Assembly (NCBI GenBank): GCA_964016885.1
Contig: OZ024743.1
Span: 294,128,001 to 294,192,000, forward strand
DNA length: 64,000 nt
DNA from: Eledone cirrhosa
Taxonomy: Eukaryota
Direction: 5' to 3'
Position 1 is the first letter of the stretch, and each line of letters opens with the position of its first letter. The notes below the pieces were generated by a model, which worked only from the letters and a program-made list of their open reading frames with translations, was not told where the DNA came from and did not search any database. Below, in pieces: positions 43,845-57,409 of this stretch. The position numbers and the translations under genes were made by a program.

Positions 43845-43902
43845 TTACCTGATGATGTCACCGTATTCATACTGAACACGGTCATTGAAATGATCATAGT
43901 AA
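43845..43902 (+). ncRNA. Type I hammerhead ribozyme in a non-coding island between (TA)n tracts
   Basis: ttac CTGATGA tgtc accgt attca tac tgaac acggt catt GAA ATGATCAT A gtaa. Confidence 0.78.
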
Positions 43903-43996
43903 CATAAACCTTTTAAGGATTTACACCAGAACATGCTCCTGTTATTTTGTAATAATCAACTCCGTACTAGCATATACACATATATATATATATATA

Positions 43997-44104
<108 letters not shown>

Positions 44105-44129
44105 TATATATATATATATATATATATAT

Positions 44130-45350
44130 AACAGTTCATGCGGTCTCTTCCAGGAAATCTTCACACTTTCATGTCTGTCGACACAATCCCGGATTACGAT
44201 GAATTGGTGAACCATCCTCCAGTGTTTTTCAATTCATTGAAGCCCCCGGACTACCTCCCCACATATTAGGACTTAAAGTTGGAACTCCTGTAATGTTGCT
44301 TAGGAATCTAGATCCGCCAAGACTGTGCAATGGGGCACGACATATGGTAAAGAAAATGATGTCATCGAGGCAACGATTTTTCTGAATATGGAAAAGTTGT
44401 TGACGTCTTCATTCCAAGAATCCGTCTAATTCCATCAGGAGCAGAAATTCCCTTTTCATTCAGACATTTGCAATTTCCAATTCGTATCAACTTTGCAATG
44501 TCCATTAACAAATCCTAAGGTCAGAGCCTGTCTGTGGCCGGACTTCTCTGGAAAGAGACATGTTTCTCATACGGACACTTGTACGTTCGTTGTTCTCGAG
44601 TGGGAAGCAGAGGAAACCTTCTCGCATTTGCACGACGCGGAAAAACAAAGAAAATCGTTTAAAATGAGGTGTTATAATCAAAAATACGAGGAGAAACACA
44701 CACATACATATAACGTTAGTAAGTTAAATACACATTATCTTCACACACAGACAATTAAATACACACACACACAAATATAAACATATGTCTGTGTGTGTCT
44801 GTCTTAGTATATATATGCGAGAGTGTAGCTGTGCGTGAATGTATGTCAGTCTTAGTATATGTATGTGAGAGTGTATGTGTGTGTGATAATGAGTGTATGT
44901 GTGTGTGATAATTTTTATTTTCATTTGCATGAAAACAATAGAAAACGACGCGCCTTTGGTTCGTGATTAAATACACTCACACATCTACACACATGTAGCA
45001 ACTGACCAAAAATGAGGCGAAAATTTATGCATGTGTCTGCGTGAATGTATGTCTATGTGTGTCTGTCTTAGTATATGTATGTGACAGTGTATGTATGTGA
45101 GTGTGTAGCAACACTTTATTCATTTGGACAGCAACAAAAAATTACACAATGAATATTGTTTACCCTAAGGTGCTTCAAAATTGACAGATTTTCATTTCTA
45201 AATTCTGTTATCATTACAATTTTAATATTTAAAAAATAAAATATAGATATTGTGAGATAATTATGAGAAAAAAAATCATCTTCATATTTATTGTTTACTC
45301 ATCTGAATAAGAACGGAAGGAACACGGGCAACGGTGGGTAATTCAGCTAG
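44130..45350 (+). mobile_element. Helitron 3' fragment (helicase remnant and CTAG end)
   Basis: [58 protein letters not shown]. Ends cgggcaacggtggg...cagCTAG|t at 45350. Confidence 0.9.
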
Positions 45351-45530
45351 TAAAATGTATATATATATATACACAGAAATATCCACGGTTAGTTGAGGGG
45401 TCTAGTCTGCATGAAGAACTCAATGTAATCCATATGTTGAAGATGTTGTAGGTTAAAATAATCCCGGGAAATAATAAAACATCAAATAGGTCATAGAACT
45501 CAATTTACTATTGATTTTGAATAAAATTTC

Positions 45531-45670
45531 CATTGCTTTTGACTACGACTGATGATATACACGTAGGTAAATATTCCTTATTTGATATTTTGTAACTAAC
45601 CCTACATAGATCGATAACGAAATATGCGTACGATGTATTATTACCACCTAGAAACGATCGTAAAGCAGTG
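45531..45670 (+). ncRNA. Candidate variant hammerhead with inserts
   Basis: cattgctt [ttgactacga] CTGATGA ...about 95 nt... GAA ACGATCGT A aagcagtg. Confidence 0.5.
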
Positions 45671-45766
45671 AAGTATATTTCTAATGACTTGAATTTTTAT
45701 TTCATTGTTTTAACTTATATATATATATATAAGTTAAAACAATGAAATAAACATTCAAGTCATTAG

Positions 45767-45839
<73 letters not shown>

Positions 45840-45842
<3 letters not shown>

Positions 45843-47140
45843 CGTAAAATAAGAAAATCTTTTTAAAAAAATTTTTTGCTTTTAATTTTTTACTTACTTA
45901 CTTAAATTTTCACTCCAACTAATTAGTTTCTGCAATGGGATAAAGACAGTTACGTAATCTAACTGTCGAGAATTCATTGCGTCATCAGGGAGTCTATTCT
46001 CAGCTAAGTCTCCAGGCAATGCGCGGACACTGGCGGCTCATATAAAAATAATAATAATTCGGTAGATGGAACAGCTAGCGAGGACTGAATTCCATGCACT
46101 GAAATCCTTACTGCTTCTAGTCAAATGGCCGATTCTAAAGAATCAATCACGTGACACAGAGGCTAGTCAGAAGGAATGGGATGGTAAGATGACTGACGCC
46201 TACTAACACCCCCAAAAAAATTTTTTTTGAAGTGGTTTTGGCAGGTTTGCTCGACAAATCAGTGATTTGGAGATATACAAAGCATATTGCATTAATTACA
46301 ATGGGTTACATGTTCTCTACCCTACTACAGACAAATGATCTTCGAACACTTTCTAAAATATATGATATATAGGAATTATTATTCTGTAGAATATCCGATA
46401 TTGCATTTTGGATAAACATATTAAAAGGTGATATTAAACATAAATGTTTTAGGGGGTGAATTATTTCCATGGAGTTGTTGGAAATAGCTACAGTGAAAGA
46501 CTTAAATGTACATAACAAAAGATGAGTGAAGTATGAGTACGGAATGTTAATCAATTGAAAGTATATGGTATCACAAAGTTAATTGTAAATTATACTGTGG
46601 GGTGGAAAATGAGAAAAGCGTGATTCGGATTATGTAAAATATTATAGATCCATACTTTTACATAAAATGAGAATAGAAAGATAAAGTTTTGAAAATATCA
46701 AACGTTTTATTGTTATAATTTATAGTGAGATAAGAATGATTATTAGTGGGTCGACGATTAACTGAGAAAAAGAGAATGTGTGGTTGTTCCTCGAAAATAG
46801 TTAAGTATTGATTCATTCAATGAGGTTGCGGTCTGATCTTCTGGTGTTTTATGAGATACTTCTCGAAGTGTCGACATTTAGTAAAAGTATCTTATTTGAC
46901 ATTTAGAATGCGTATTCATTAAATTTTTAAGTATGTCTAACAGCAACGTATATATCATGTGTGCATTGTATTCATCTTTCGAGGATCTTCAAGTCTTTTT
47001 TGAAATCAGTAACATTTTTATACAAAGTCCAAATAGAATAGGCTAGTTACTTGTGATATCTCCTTTCTATAATCTAAAGTATACCTGAAGTATCGTTGTA
47101 TAAATTTACCTTCCACTAAACCTAAATATTTTTTAATGAT
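45840..47140 (-). mobile_element. Old PLE 3' remnant
   Basis: Minus 46950-47140 reads roughly KYLGLVEGKFIQRY...KILER (decayed GIY-YIG second motif). An HHR lies near the 3' end. Confidence 0.55.
45912..45993 (-). ncRNA. Type I hammerhead, probably inactivated (N17=U)
   Basis: Minus: actcc CTGATGA c gcaatg...gacagtta/taactgtc...cattgc a GAA ACTAATTAGT T ggagt. Confidence 0.78.
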
Positions 47141-47636
47141 TGTAAAGTGCTATATCTGTATTATAAAACGCGCGCGCGAACACACACACAAACACACACA
47201 CATGTGGACATAAACATACATATATATATAATATTTAGTGCCATCCGTTTGTTGAAGGTTACCCAAATCTACGTGTACTTCTGAAATGTTTGTAATAATA
47301 AATAAAGAATCTAGAAACATTGTACACATACAGGCTTGCTAAAGAAGATACGAAGACGAATACATATGGAACTTACAAACACGTGTAATATTGTACTTAT
47401 TTAAAAGCTGATGCAGTCTTATTGTTAAACAGTCGAACTCTTTAAATTTATTTTTATACTATACAGCATTACTAAACACTATTATGTTTACTTTGGATAC
47501 ATTTGTACACGGATGTACGTAGATTTAAAATTCTAGATGTCTTACTAGAGCATTCATATTTACTTGTCGCGTTTTAACATTTCTTCAAGGAGGACGGTTA
47601 CGATGCCAGTCGAAGTTATTATAGAAACACAGCGAT

Positions 47637-47682
47637 TATCACTGAAGATGTCACAGATATGTGTGACGAAAGATCTTTGAGA
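47637..47682 (+). ncRNA. Minimal hammerhead, degenerate (N17=U)
   Basis: tca CTGAAGA t gtcaca gatatg tgtgac GAA AGATCT T tga. Confidence 0.68.
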
Positions 47683-48292
47683 AATTATATTTGTATTTAT
47701 ATATTTAACTGTTGGTCAAAAAATGATAAACATTGATTTCCAGTTAAATTATTTATAAAAATGTACAAATATACTGAAGTGAAAACCAAACCAAGCTGAG
47801 TGTGTTTTACTAATTTTGGCAATATTAGAACAACATGACCCTCCCCACATATAACAATATTAATACATATTCCTCTCTTTCTTTTTCTCTTAGCAAGGGG
47901 TGTATATTATACTTTTTTCATTGTAAATGAAACTAAGGCGTGTTAAATAATGGGATCAATTCAACATTAAATTTGTTAATAGACTTTGCTGATGTGTATT
48001 TAACCAAATATATATAGATGATGCTTTGTACATTAAAATACTCACACGCAAATACATCAATACACAGACACAAGGAAACCTTGACATTCTAGCAAAGTCT
48101 TGCACTATCATGTTAATATACATATATACGCACGCGCACAGACACACACACACACACACACACGCACTCACAGACACAGACACAGACACAGACACACACA
48201 CACATACACACACATATATATATATGCATACATACATAATCACACAGACGAAGATGTATGTGTGTATGTATGCATGTATGTATGTATGTGTG

Positions 48293-48328
<36 letters not shown>

Positions 48329-48929
48329 TGTATGTATGTATGTATGTATGTATGTATGCAGGCAAGTACCTATGTATGTATGCATGTACATATGTATAAC
48401 ACAAATGTGAAATCATAAGCAGTTTATGTTGGCAACTTACCAGGTTGGCCATTATGCATCTCATTTTATGCAGTTTTAAATTATTTTACATATTCCTTTT
48501 TTTCCAAATCAATTTCATATTTATATATTTTTGTGGAAAAAGGTAGAGTCGGTGGTGTCTGATTGTATATGTGGGTTTGTGTGTGTATGTGTTTATTACT
48601 CCATGTTTATGTGAATGTGCATCTTTGTATATTCGTACATACCTGTGTATGTACATATCTTTGTCTGTGTGCGTGAGAGTACGTGTGTGTTTCGGCATGT
48701 GTGTATGTGTATATTATTAACAGTTAAAGATATTCAATACTTTATTGATTATGAAATATTACACAACAGTTATTTTCATTTAATAACATCAAATACGCAG
48801 AAGTATAGTTATATGTAAACACAAACGCACACACATACACACCTCTATTCATCTTGCTAGTTGATACCCGTTTATGATGCACAAATATTTGTCGCAGAAC
48901 AAAAATGTGAATGTCAGCATTATTATATA

Positions 48930-50000
48930 ATAATGGTTTCTGATTTAGACACAAGGCCAACAATTTTGGGGAGGGGATAGGTGATTAAATCGACCCTAGT
49001 GTGTTACTGATACTTTATTTTATCGCCTCCGTAAGGATGAAAGGCAAAACTAGCCTCGGTGGGATTCAAAATCAGAACATAAAGGGACGTAACTATATAC
49101 CATAACGCATATTGTCCGACGCTCTATTGATACTATCAATCCACTGCCCGTACTATATAATCATGAAAAAACACAGTCAAAAGTTTATGTGGTAAAGACG
49201 ATTATACCAACACTATGATACATAATTTCATCGAACTCAGAAGGTTGAAATCAAAGTTGTCATTGTGGGAGTTGGACGTATTTTGCAGAGAGGCTGAACA
49301 AATAAATACTGAATCTCATTCGGCCCACTAACAATTTCGCTAAGCCACCTGAGAACACAAAGTGTGTACCGAAATGCCGCAAGTGTTTTTACCTGTAGAT
49401 CTATCTATTCTATAATGTAATGCTCCGTTATTTTTACTAACATGAATACATGGCTAGAAATCTGTTGTGCTTTGTTGATTAAATGACCTCCAGTACTTGA
49501 CTGGAAGATTATTTTAACAACCGTAAAAGGATGAAATACTACGTTGACCTTGACGGGATTTGATGGTTAAAAGCCGGAATATCTGACGATACTACCAATC
49601 CCTCGTTCTACTCAGTGTTCTAATAATGGTTTCTGATTTAGTACAAGGTCATCAATTTTGGGGGAGGAGAAAGTTGATTAAATCGACCCCAGTGCGTGAC
49701 TGGTGCTTTATTTTATCGACCCTGTATGGATGAAAGGAAAAACTAACCTCAGCGTGATTTGAAATCAGAACGTCAAGGCCCGTAACTCAATGTCAACAAG
49801 CATATTGTCCGACGCTCTATCGATAATGACAATCCACCCCCTTACCTAGTATTCTAATGAAAAATAGATTCTGAATTTGATATTAGGCCATACATTTTGG
49901 AGAAGAGAAAAGATCATGAAATCCACTTCAGTACGTCACTTGTATCGTATTTTATCGAAGCCGAAAGAAAGAAAAGCAAACGTTACCGCGACGAAATCTT
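48930..50000 (-). mobile_element. Cluster of SINE copies (clearest 48930-49150 and 49622-49842)
   Basis: Repeated family core at varying divergence. Confidence 0.8.
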
Positions 50001-50204
50001 ATGAAATGTTGTCTTTTATCCTTCCGGGACCAATACGATAACGTACCTGTGAAGTACGGGTGTAATTTCAGCGTCTGGTACTTTATAGATTCTAACACGC
50101 ACAAAGCCAGAACATTCTGATGATGGGTTATCTGATAAAATAAATATTTCTTTTAGATTCCCGTAATCTTTTGAAGTTTTTATTCTTGATGTTGGTAGAA
50201 TTGT

Positions 50205-51100
50205 GATTATCCGCCCCGCGGATAAAGTGGTAAATGTATTGTCGCGGAGAATGGCCAGCAACGCCCCCTGCAACAATCACCTCACCTCATGGGGCTCCTT
50301 CCTCAAGTGGGCTGTTGTCATTCCGATATTACGAAGGAAATCACCAGTGTGGGGACCGAGGACTTCAGAGGTTTTAACGTTGGTCAGTACGAAAAGAAAG
50401 CGGTTGATCAATACGCCGTATTTATTGATCCTCCGGTAATCAGCGTTGAGAGTGGCGGTGCTTTGGCTTGCAGTCGAAGCGACAAGGCTGGAGGCGGATT
50501 ATGAGTTGCAACACGTCGCCTCTCAGATTAGGGATTTACCTCCTACGAAAGAGAAGAGGTTTATTTCGTGGGGGCGCTGGTTTCATTTGTGATGGAATGC
50601 TGGTTGCGACAAAGATCCTTCTGACGACGTCGTTCAGGGCGATGTATCTGAGGAACCAACATGCACTATTGCGGCATGATAACGGGGGCAGACCTAGCTC
50701 GTTTACAACAGCTATAGGACGACATTTGTCGGAGGCCGAAGTGTTCTGTTATTCCAATACAAGTGCACTCATCATCAAGAAGAGTTGATAAGGTGTGCAC
50801 CAAAACGTGCCACACACCGCTTTTTGTTTGCTAAGCGGAACGAATGCATATATACAACGGTGTTGTTCCAAGGAAGACACAATCTGCTCGAAGGCAGACC
50901 TGCATTTGATGTCGTCCCAGTTACATTGGACATCTGTATACTGGGGGACGATGAGGCTCTTGTAGGTCCAGTCGCCCTGAGCAAACTCCAGTTCCTGGGA
51001 CACAACATTTTCTATCGTCATGCAGTCGACTTCGCTGAGGAGAGTGTCGCTGGGGGAGGTTGAGGAGGGATAAACCTGCAGTGCCAGGTCAGAGGTGGAT
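50205..51100 (-). mobile_element. CRE-clade non-LTR retrotransposon 3' fragment (restriction-like endonuclease), degenerate
   Basis: Minus: RYIALNDVVRR...IPSQMKP...GKSLI*EATC...KYGVL..RFSFV..VKTSEVLGP...LLQGALLAILRDN, resembling the RH..LND/EP/WDAT/ETxGxxG/QR.S.AI.RGN pattern of CRE elements. Confidence 0.72.
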
Positions 51101-51649
51101 CAGATTTATTATAGACATCGTCTGAATGTTAATTCAAGCGTCAAATTATATAACAAGGGAGAGCGAGATTTGACTGTTATTCCTAGCAGCCCGTAAGACT
51201 ATTTAAAGCTCCAATGTTTCCTGTGACATAGCTGCTGTTCCTTTTGCTTCTGTCGTGCAGGTTGTTATTGTTGTTGGATAGCTCCACGTCTGTCCTCATC
51301 AAGTAGTCGTAGGACCCGCTAGTAGCAGCCACAGCCCAGGTGAATAAGATGAATTCAAATTGTGGGAGATGCTGTTCTCACAGAAGTATTTTCGGCTAGT
51401 GAGGCTAGTGATGTTGTATGTATTCATGCATATGTGTATTTGATGTTTGGCTGTGCAGAGTGGGATAGATGGTGCTTTTAGTATACTGTTTATTGAGTTT
51501 TGTTGATGCTGCTGTAAAGACATGACCTAGTGGTTAGATTTTTATACTCACGATCATAACGTCGTGGATTTGATTCCACCACCGAAAGGATCCTTGTGTT
51601 CTTGAGCAAAACCATGCTGCTCTTTTTGCCAGGTGTCGTGACGGATACT

Positions 51650-53000
51650 ACTATCAATGGAAATACCAGTAGAAATATTATTTTCGTGGTTCGTGTCTTT
51701 GTTTGTTGGACATGTAGGAAAACTCTCTCGGTGTAGGTTGAAAAGAGTGAGCCATGCAGCAAATCGGGATTTCTAGAAGTCATATTTCTGGATTCTACTT
51801 AAGGCATCGCGGTAATTGTTTTAGGTGGTCTCTTATGTTTTTGTATTATTGGTTATTTGGGAATGGTCTCAAAACTTTTGCTGATGGCGATGATAGTTAA
51901 ACTTTTACACAAGGGAGATTTTCTGTTGTAGAAGACATCATGTATTATTTGTGAAATATGGTGATGGAGTGCAGAGGTGTGAACATGGGGATCAGCAATG
52001 TAAGTTTTAGTATTTCTAGAATGTTGAGAGTGTGTTGAATGGCATTACTTCTCTTCTGTATTTGTTGGGCTTCATTATTGTAATGATTTTGCTCAGATCC
52101 AGTTTTTGGTTATTTGGAAATGCTACGAATAGTTGTAGATTTTTATGGGCACAGTAGATCCTTCATGCACATATTGTTTATATATGATTTTATCAGGTCA
52201 TATGTCGTTTGAGTTTTTATTTTGTCCTATTGTTTTGGGGGCGTCTGATGGAAGGAATAAAGATAATGATCTATTTGGAAGGTGCATATTTTTCATTTAA
52301 TTGTTCCGTTTTTTTACATTAATTTTGGTGGCTGATTTTTGTGAAGTGTCTGACAAAGGAGTTTACTTGGTGGTGTTTTAGCGTGCGTATTATATTGGAG
52401 TTCGTAATTGACATAAGGTTTGGCGTGACGGTTGTTGGTGTTGCTACGTATTACCCAACACATGTTTTACTGTTAGTTTTGTGGTTTATGTTCGATACAA
52501 ATGTTTGCCAAATTCCTCTGTTTATATTTTTTCTTATTTATTTGTTTTCTTATTTCCCCGTTTCGTTGATTTCCTCCACGATTTATTTCGGCTCTGTTGT
52601 GTGTTATTTAGTATTATGTTTGAAGTAGTTAACTTTATGGGTTTGACTATTTCTGGTGTGTAATGAGGATATTGATTATTTTATGTTGCCTTGTACGAAT
52701 TATTTTATGGATGCGTATATATATATTTATTGTGTTGAATGTATGTACTACAGTGTCTAGTTTGCTGATTGTGGTATTGTTAAATTCTAAAAACATTTGG
52801 TTCTCTGAAAAAAGTTTAAAGTTTCTAATAGTGATGTTTTTATCTTCATTGCGTTGATGATTCTTAGAGGTTATGAAGAAATGTTGGTGCTGTGCTAGCT
52901 AGTTAGGCTTGGTGATTTAAGAGTGAGTGCCGATTGTTTAGGATACAGTGTGCTGCTGTATTGATCTATTAAATTATCTGAACTATTTGAAAACTAGAAC
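51650..53000 (-). pseudogene. Possible decayed N-terminal region of a Neptune-type PLE
   Basis: A-rich minus strand with PLCKSLTIIAISK resembling the LLSKGL.F.P motif. Otherwise weak. Confidence 0.3.
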
Positions 53001-53102
53001 TTGCTGGGTGTATTGAATTCCCACAAAACATGCAGTTTGAGAGAGTTAAAATAGTGTTGCTACAGTGTGTAAACTGGAGGGGTGGTTGGTGCGAACGCTA
53101 TT

Positions 53103-53139
<37 letters not shown>

Positions 53140-54422
53140 TTAGATGTGTGCGTGAGCTCGCGTGTGCGTATGCTTTATACCTTTAAGTTTGGTTCGGGAT
53201 TTTATTTTGAAACTCTGCATATTTAATCAGGTACTATATGAGTAAAAAGAAAAACCAAAGACAAAATGATATTGGAATATCTACGTAGATCTACAAAGAC
53301 AACAGACAAGAGAGGAAATGACTGGAACTCTCCTGCACTCTCAAGTACCTCACAACTTAAAATATTTATAGTCTAGTAAATTCGATACTAAATTTAACTT
53401 GTAGCGTAACTAAATTGACTGTATTTTAGTAATGTGTAGAATAATTAATTAGCAGGAGGGTTATGGACTATTTTTAGTGCATTGTGTAATAGTATCTTCC
53501 TTTTATGTAATTCTACAGTTTAATATATAGAGGTAATATGATGTAATGAAATGTCACAGAACTATTCAGTTCCACCGAGCAGAAGTTACTCTAGTTGTGT
53601 TGTTTAATGTAAATTAATATTATATGATATAATATTGTGATATTGTATAGAATAACGAAATGTTGCGTATTATTGTGAAGTAGTATTATGATATTAATGA
53701 TACCAATATTAATATAATCTATATAGATATTTGATTCTACCTCAAAGGTGTATCTAATTTTAATATTCAAATATTGCAAAGTTCAATTATAATATTATCT
53801 CTATAATGATGGCCCAAAGTGTGATATATCGTAGGAATCAAGTAACTATAACTTGGATCTCACGGATATATGAACACTGCTACACTGCTGGTGATAATAA
53901 TGATGTTACTACAGTTGCTATTTCCATTGAGCATGGTGTGACATTATATTTCATTTAATTAAACTTATTGAGCAGTTATCACGGAAATGATGCGTATTAT
54001 TAGTAATTATAATGTAATGTTAGTTCAATTGTTGTTGCTAAAGGTATTGAACCAATATTTCGCTAGTGGTGTATTTGACTCATACATGATAGGATCATTC
54101 GTTGGTTCCGGTGATTTGCATTCAGATGTTCGATCAACCGAGCATCGAGTAATAAGAATTACGTTTAAGTAGTTGAGTATTTCACAGACCGCTAATGAAA
54201 TTGCCAAGCCAGATCAGCGTGACACAATATAATATGGCACAATCCCTTTGACGGTCAAGACATTTGAATTCCGGGTTCAATCCAACCGACTGGCCTTCAA
54301 ACAAATTTCCGTCTACCCAATTTTACTCAACATGTTCTGGTTGAGTCGAGGCTAAGATAATGGGATTTGTCCAAGATGCCACTGAACATTGGCAGGTTAA
54401 GATACATTATTTTATGGTGACC

Positions 54423-54727
54423 AAATCCCGCCGAGGTTGACTTTGCCTTTCATCCTTACGGGGTCGATAAAATAAAGTACCAGTAATGCACTGGGTATTT
54501 GCTGGCCTTGTGCCTAAAGTAGAAACAATTATTTCGGCGGTGGATTGGCAGTATCGGTAGAGAGTAGGACGCCATGCTTTCCAGCATAGTTACGTCCCTT
54601 TACGGTCTGAGTTCAAATCCCGCCGAGGTTCACTTTGCCTTTCATCCTTACGGGATCGATAAAATAAGGTACCAGTAATGTACTGGGTGATTGCTGGCCT
54701 TGTGCCAAAAAAGTAGAAACAATTATT
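54423..54727 (+). mobile_element. tRNA-derived SINE, partial (54423-54533) plus full (54536-54727) in tandem
   Basis: A box tggcagtatcgg, B box gagttcaaatccc, central gcctttcatcctt...gataaaataa.gtaccag (Meta-domain-like), tail gtagaaacaattatt. Confidence 0.9.
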
Positions 54728-54987
54728 TTATGGTGACCTACATAATTAGTACATCTGGGAAAGCGGTATATTGGCAAAGTTGTTAGGGTGGCGGATTAAA
54801 AATAGCTCGGCATATATTCCGATTTACTCTGAGTTCAAATCCTGCCGAGGACAGATCTGACTTTCATAATTTCCAGGTCGATAATTATCCGTTTCGATAA
54901 TTCTTTCTCGCTTTATCATTTAATCTCTCTCTTTCTCCGGAAGAAATCGGATGTGTTCAGACCTGCAGCGGTCGGCCATTGTATAGA

Positions 54988-55505
54988 TGTACGAATGTAT
55001 AAAATATAATGTCAAGACCTATATGCCTTTCTCAAAAATATTATCGCCATAAATAATTGTTTCTATTTTAGGCACAAGGCCAGCAATTACCCAGTACATT
55101 ATTGGTACTTTATTTTATCGACCCCGTAAGGATGAAAGGCAAAGTTAACCTCGGCGGGATTTGAACTCAGATCATAAAGGGACGTAACTCTATGCTTCAA
55201 AGCATGGTGTCACAGAACTATTCAGTTCCACCGAGCAGAAGTTACTCTAGTTGTACGAATGTATAAAATATAATGTCAAGACCTATATGCCTTTCTCAAA
55301 AATATTATCGCCATAAATAATTGTTTCTATTTTAGGCACAAGGCCAGCAATTACCCAGTACATTATTGGTACTTTATTTTATCGACCCCGTAAGGATGAA
55401 AGGCAAAGTTAACCTCGGCGGGATTTGAACTCAGATCATAAAGGGACGTAACTCTATGCTTCAAAGCATGGTGTCCGACTCTCTACCGATACTGCCAATC
55501 CACCA
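54988..55505 (-). repeat. 224-bp tandem duplication including a SINE, with a 40-nt templated junction insert
   Basis: 54988-55211 equals 55252-55475. 55208-55254 equals 53552-53598. Confidence 0.92.
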
Positions 55506-55565
55506 TGGCGATAGTTAGTTGCGAATTTTCTCACTCTCAAAGTGTATACTGATTACACACACACA

Positions 55566-55608
<43 letters not shown>

Positions 55609-55859
55609 GTATAGTAAGTTCTTTTTAAATGACCCACACGGGGAAAAATATATGTTTGTGTGTGTATGTGTGGGAATAGTTGTTGGAAAACAAAAATATT
55701 GTGTTTGTGTGTGTTTGTATATGTGTGTGAGTGTGCACCCGCGTGTGTGTAACAATGGCGGTTTATCACCTTGATAATAACAACTGTAATAAAATTGATT
55801 CCATTGGTAAAATGTAGAAGGGAGTTATGAGTGTGTGCGGGGATGTGGATGCTTAGCAT

Positions 55860-57250
55860 TTGAAGATATTAAATTATTAAAGTATAATAAAGTATATTTA
55901 GCTGTGGTCTATATTTTCGAATAAACAGATTTTCTATATTTATTCATGTTTGGACTGTGGTATTTTCTGGGCAAAGATAAAGCTGGAAGACTTGGAATTC
56001 GGAGACTTCAAAATGTCAATTGATTGATATCTATATTGCGCTGGGTTCTTATAATTATTGGTGATTCTGTTATTGAGGTTGAGTTTAATTTGCCCTATAT
56101 AATCTTCGTTACATCCTTTACATTAAATGGCATAAAGTCAATTTTTTATGAACAGGTGAAATGATATTTTACAATAAAATGTTGGCCTGATTAATTGATA
56201 CGTTGTAACTTCACTGAGGTGAATGCAAGCCGCGCAATTAGAGTGACCATATTTTTCGACAGTTGGTAGCGGGCTTTTAGTGGCTAATTTGGTACTGGTG
56301 AGTAATGTGTTTAGTGATTTAGGTTGTCTTTTGCTTTTGTTATTTTATGTGTTTCAAGTACTTTTTTCTTCTTGGGTCTTGTTTCAATAGTGGGATGTTC
56401 TTGTGGATGTTTCTGTGTTTCTTGGGTTGTGTTTTGAGATATATGATAGAATGTTGGACTTATCTTGAGTTTATTTCGGTTTTCGTAATTCTTGGATGTC
56501 TATTATTTGGCCCTTTCTATTCAATTATCTGTTAATAAAGATGGTTATTATATTTCCTTTAATTCTTCTCGCTAGATTGAATAGAATATTCGTTTTCGTG
56601 TGATTTGGATGGCTGGAGTTGAATAGTAGTTATGGTTTAGAATGTTTTAGTTTGTAGAGGATGTCAGTTTCAATGTTATTATATTTTATATGATTAAATA
56701 TCCAGAAATGGGAGTTGGTCTAGACTGTATTCCATTGTGAATTGAATATAATTAAATTTCTGAATTCATTGAATTAGACGAGTATTTGCGACCATAGAAC
56801 AAGGCAGTATCCAAGTAGCATTACTAACTCTGTAACACATATTTGTGAAAGTCAGGCTGTATTTTAATTTGGATTGTTCATATATCTGGACTACCAAGTA
56901 TGCTATGACTAAATTTGCATAAGCTGGAGCAAATTTTGTACTCATGGCAGTCCCCTATACTTGCTTGTAAATGTTGCCATTGAAATAAAAGGAAAAAGTT
57001 TGTTTTGGAAAAAGAATTTGAGTCTCTCGATTATGAAGTCTTTTTCTATTCTTTCCGGGATCTCTTTGGGGTATTTTTCTTGCAAGAATCCTATTGCTTC
57101 TACCCCGAATGAAAAAAGCAGCAATCAAAACTCATAAAATAACCAAAGCAAAAGACAACCTAAATCACTAAAAAAATTACTCATCAGTGCCAAATTACCC
57201 ACAACAAACCCAACACCAACTGTCAAAAAATGTGGTCACTCTAATTGCGA
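55860..57250 (-). mobile_element. Neptune-type PLE remnant related to 34172-37400, with an inverted 5' piece (about 57125-57250)
   Basis: EAIGFLQEKYPKEIPERIEKDFIIERL, GTAMSTKFAPAYANLV and a GIY-YIG remnant. About 57145-57250 is the reverse complement of about 56232-56345. Confidence 0.85.
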
Positions 57251-57256
57251 TATAAA

Positions 57257-57405
<149 letters not shown>

Positions 57406-57409
57406 GATA

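Noticed and set aside
48930-55505. Recurrent SINE cores as a CRISPR array or tRNA genes
   Set aside because: Irregular spacing, both orientations, and A/B boxes without a cloverleaf indicate SINEs.
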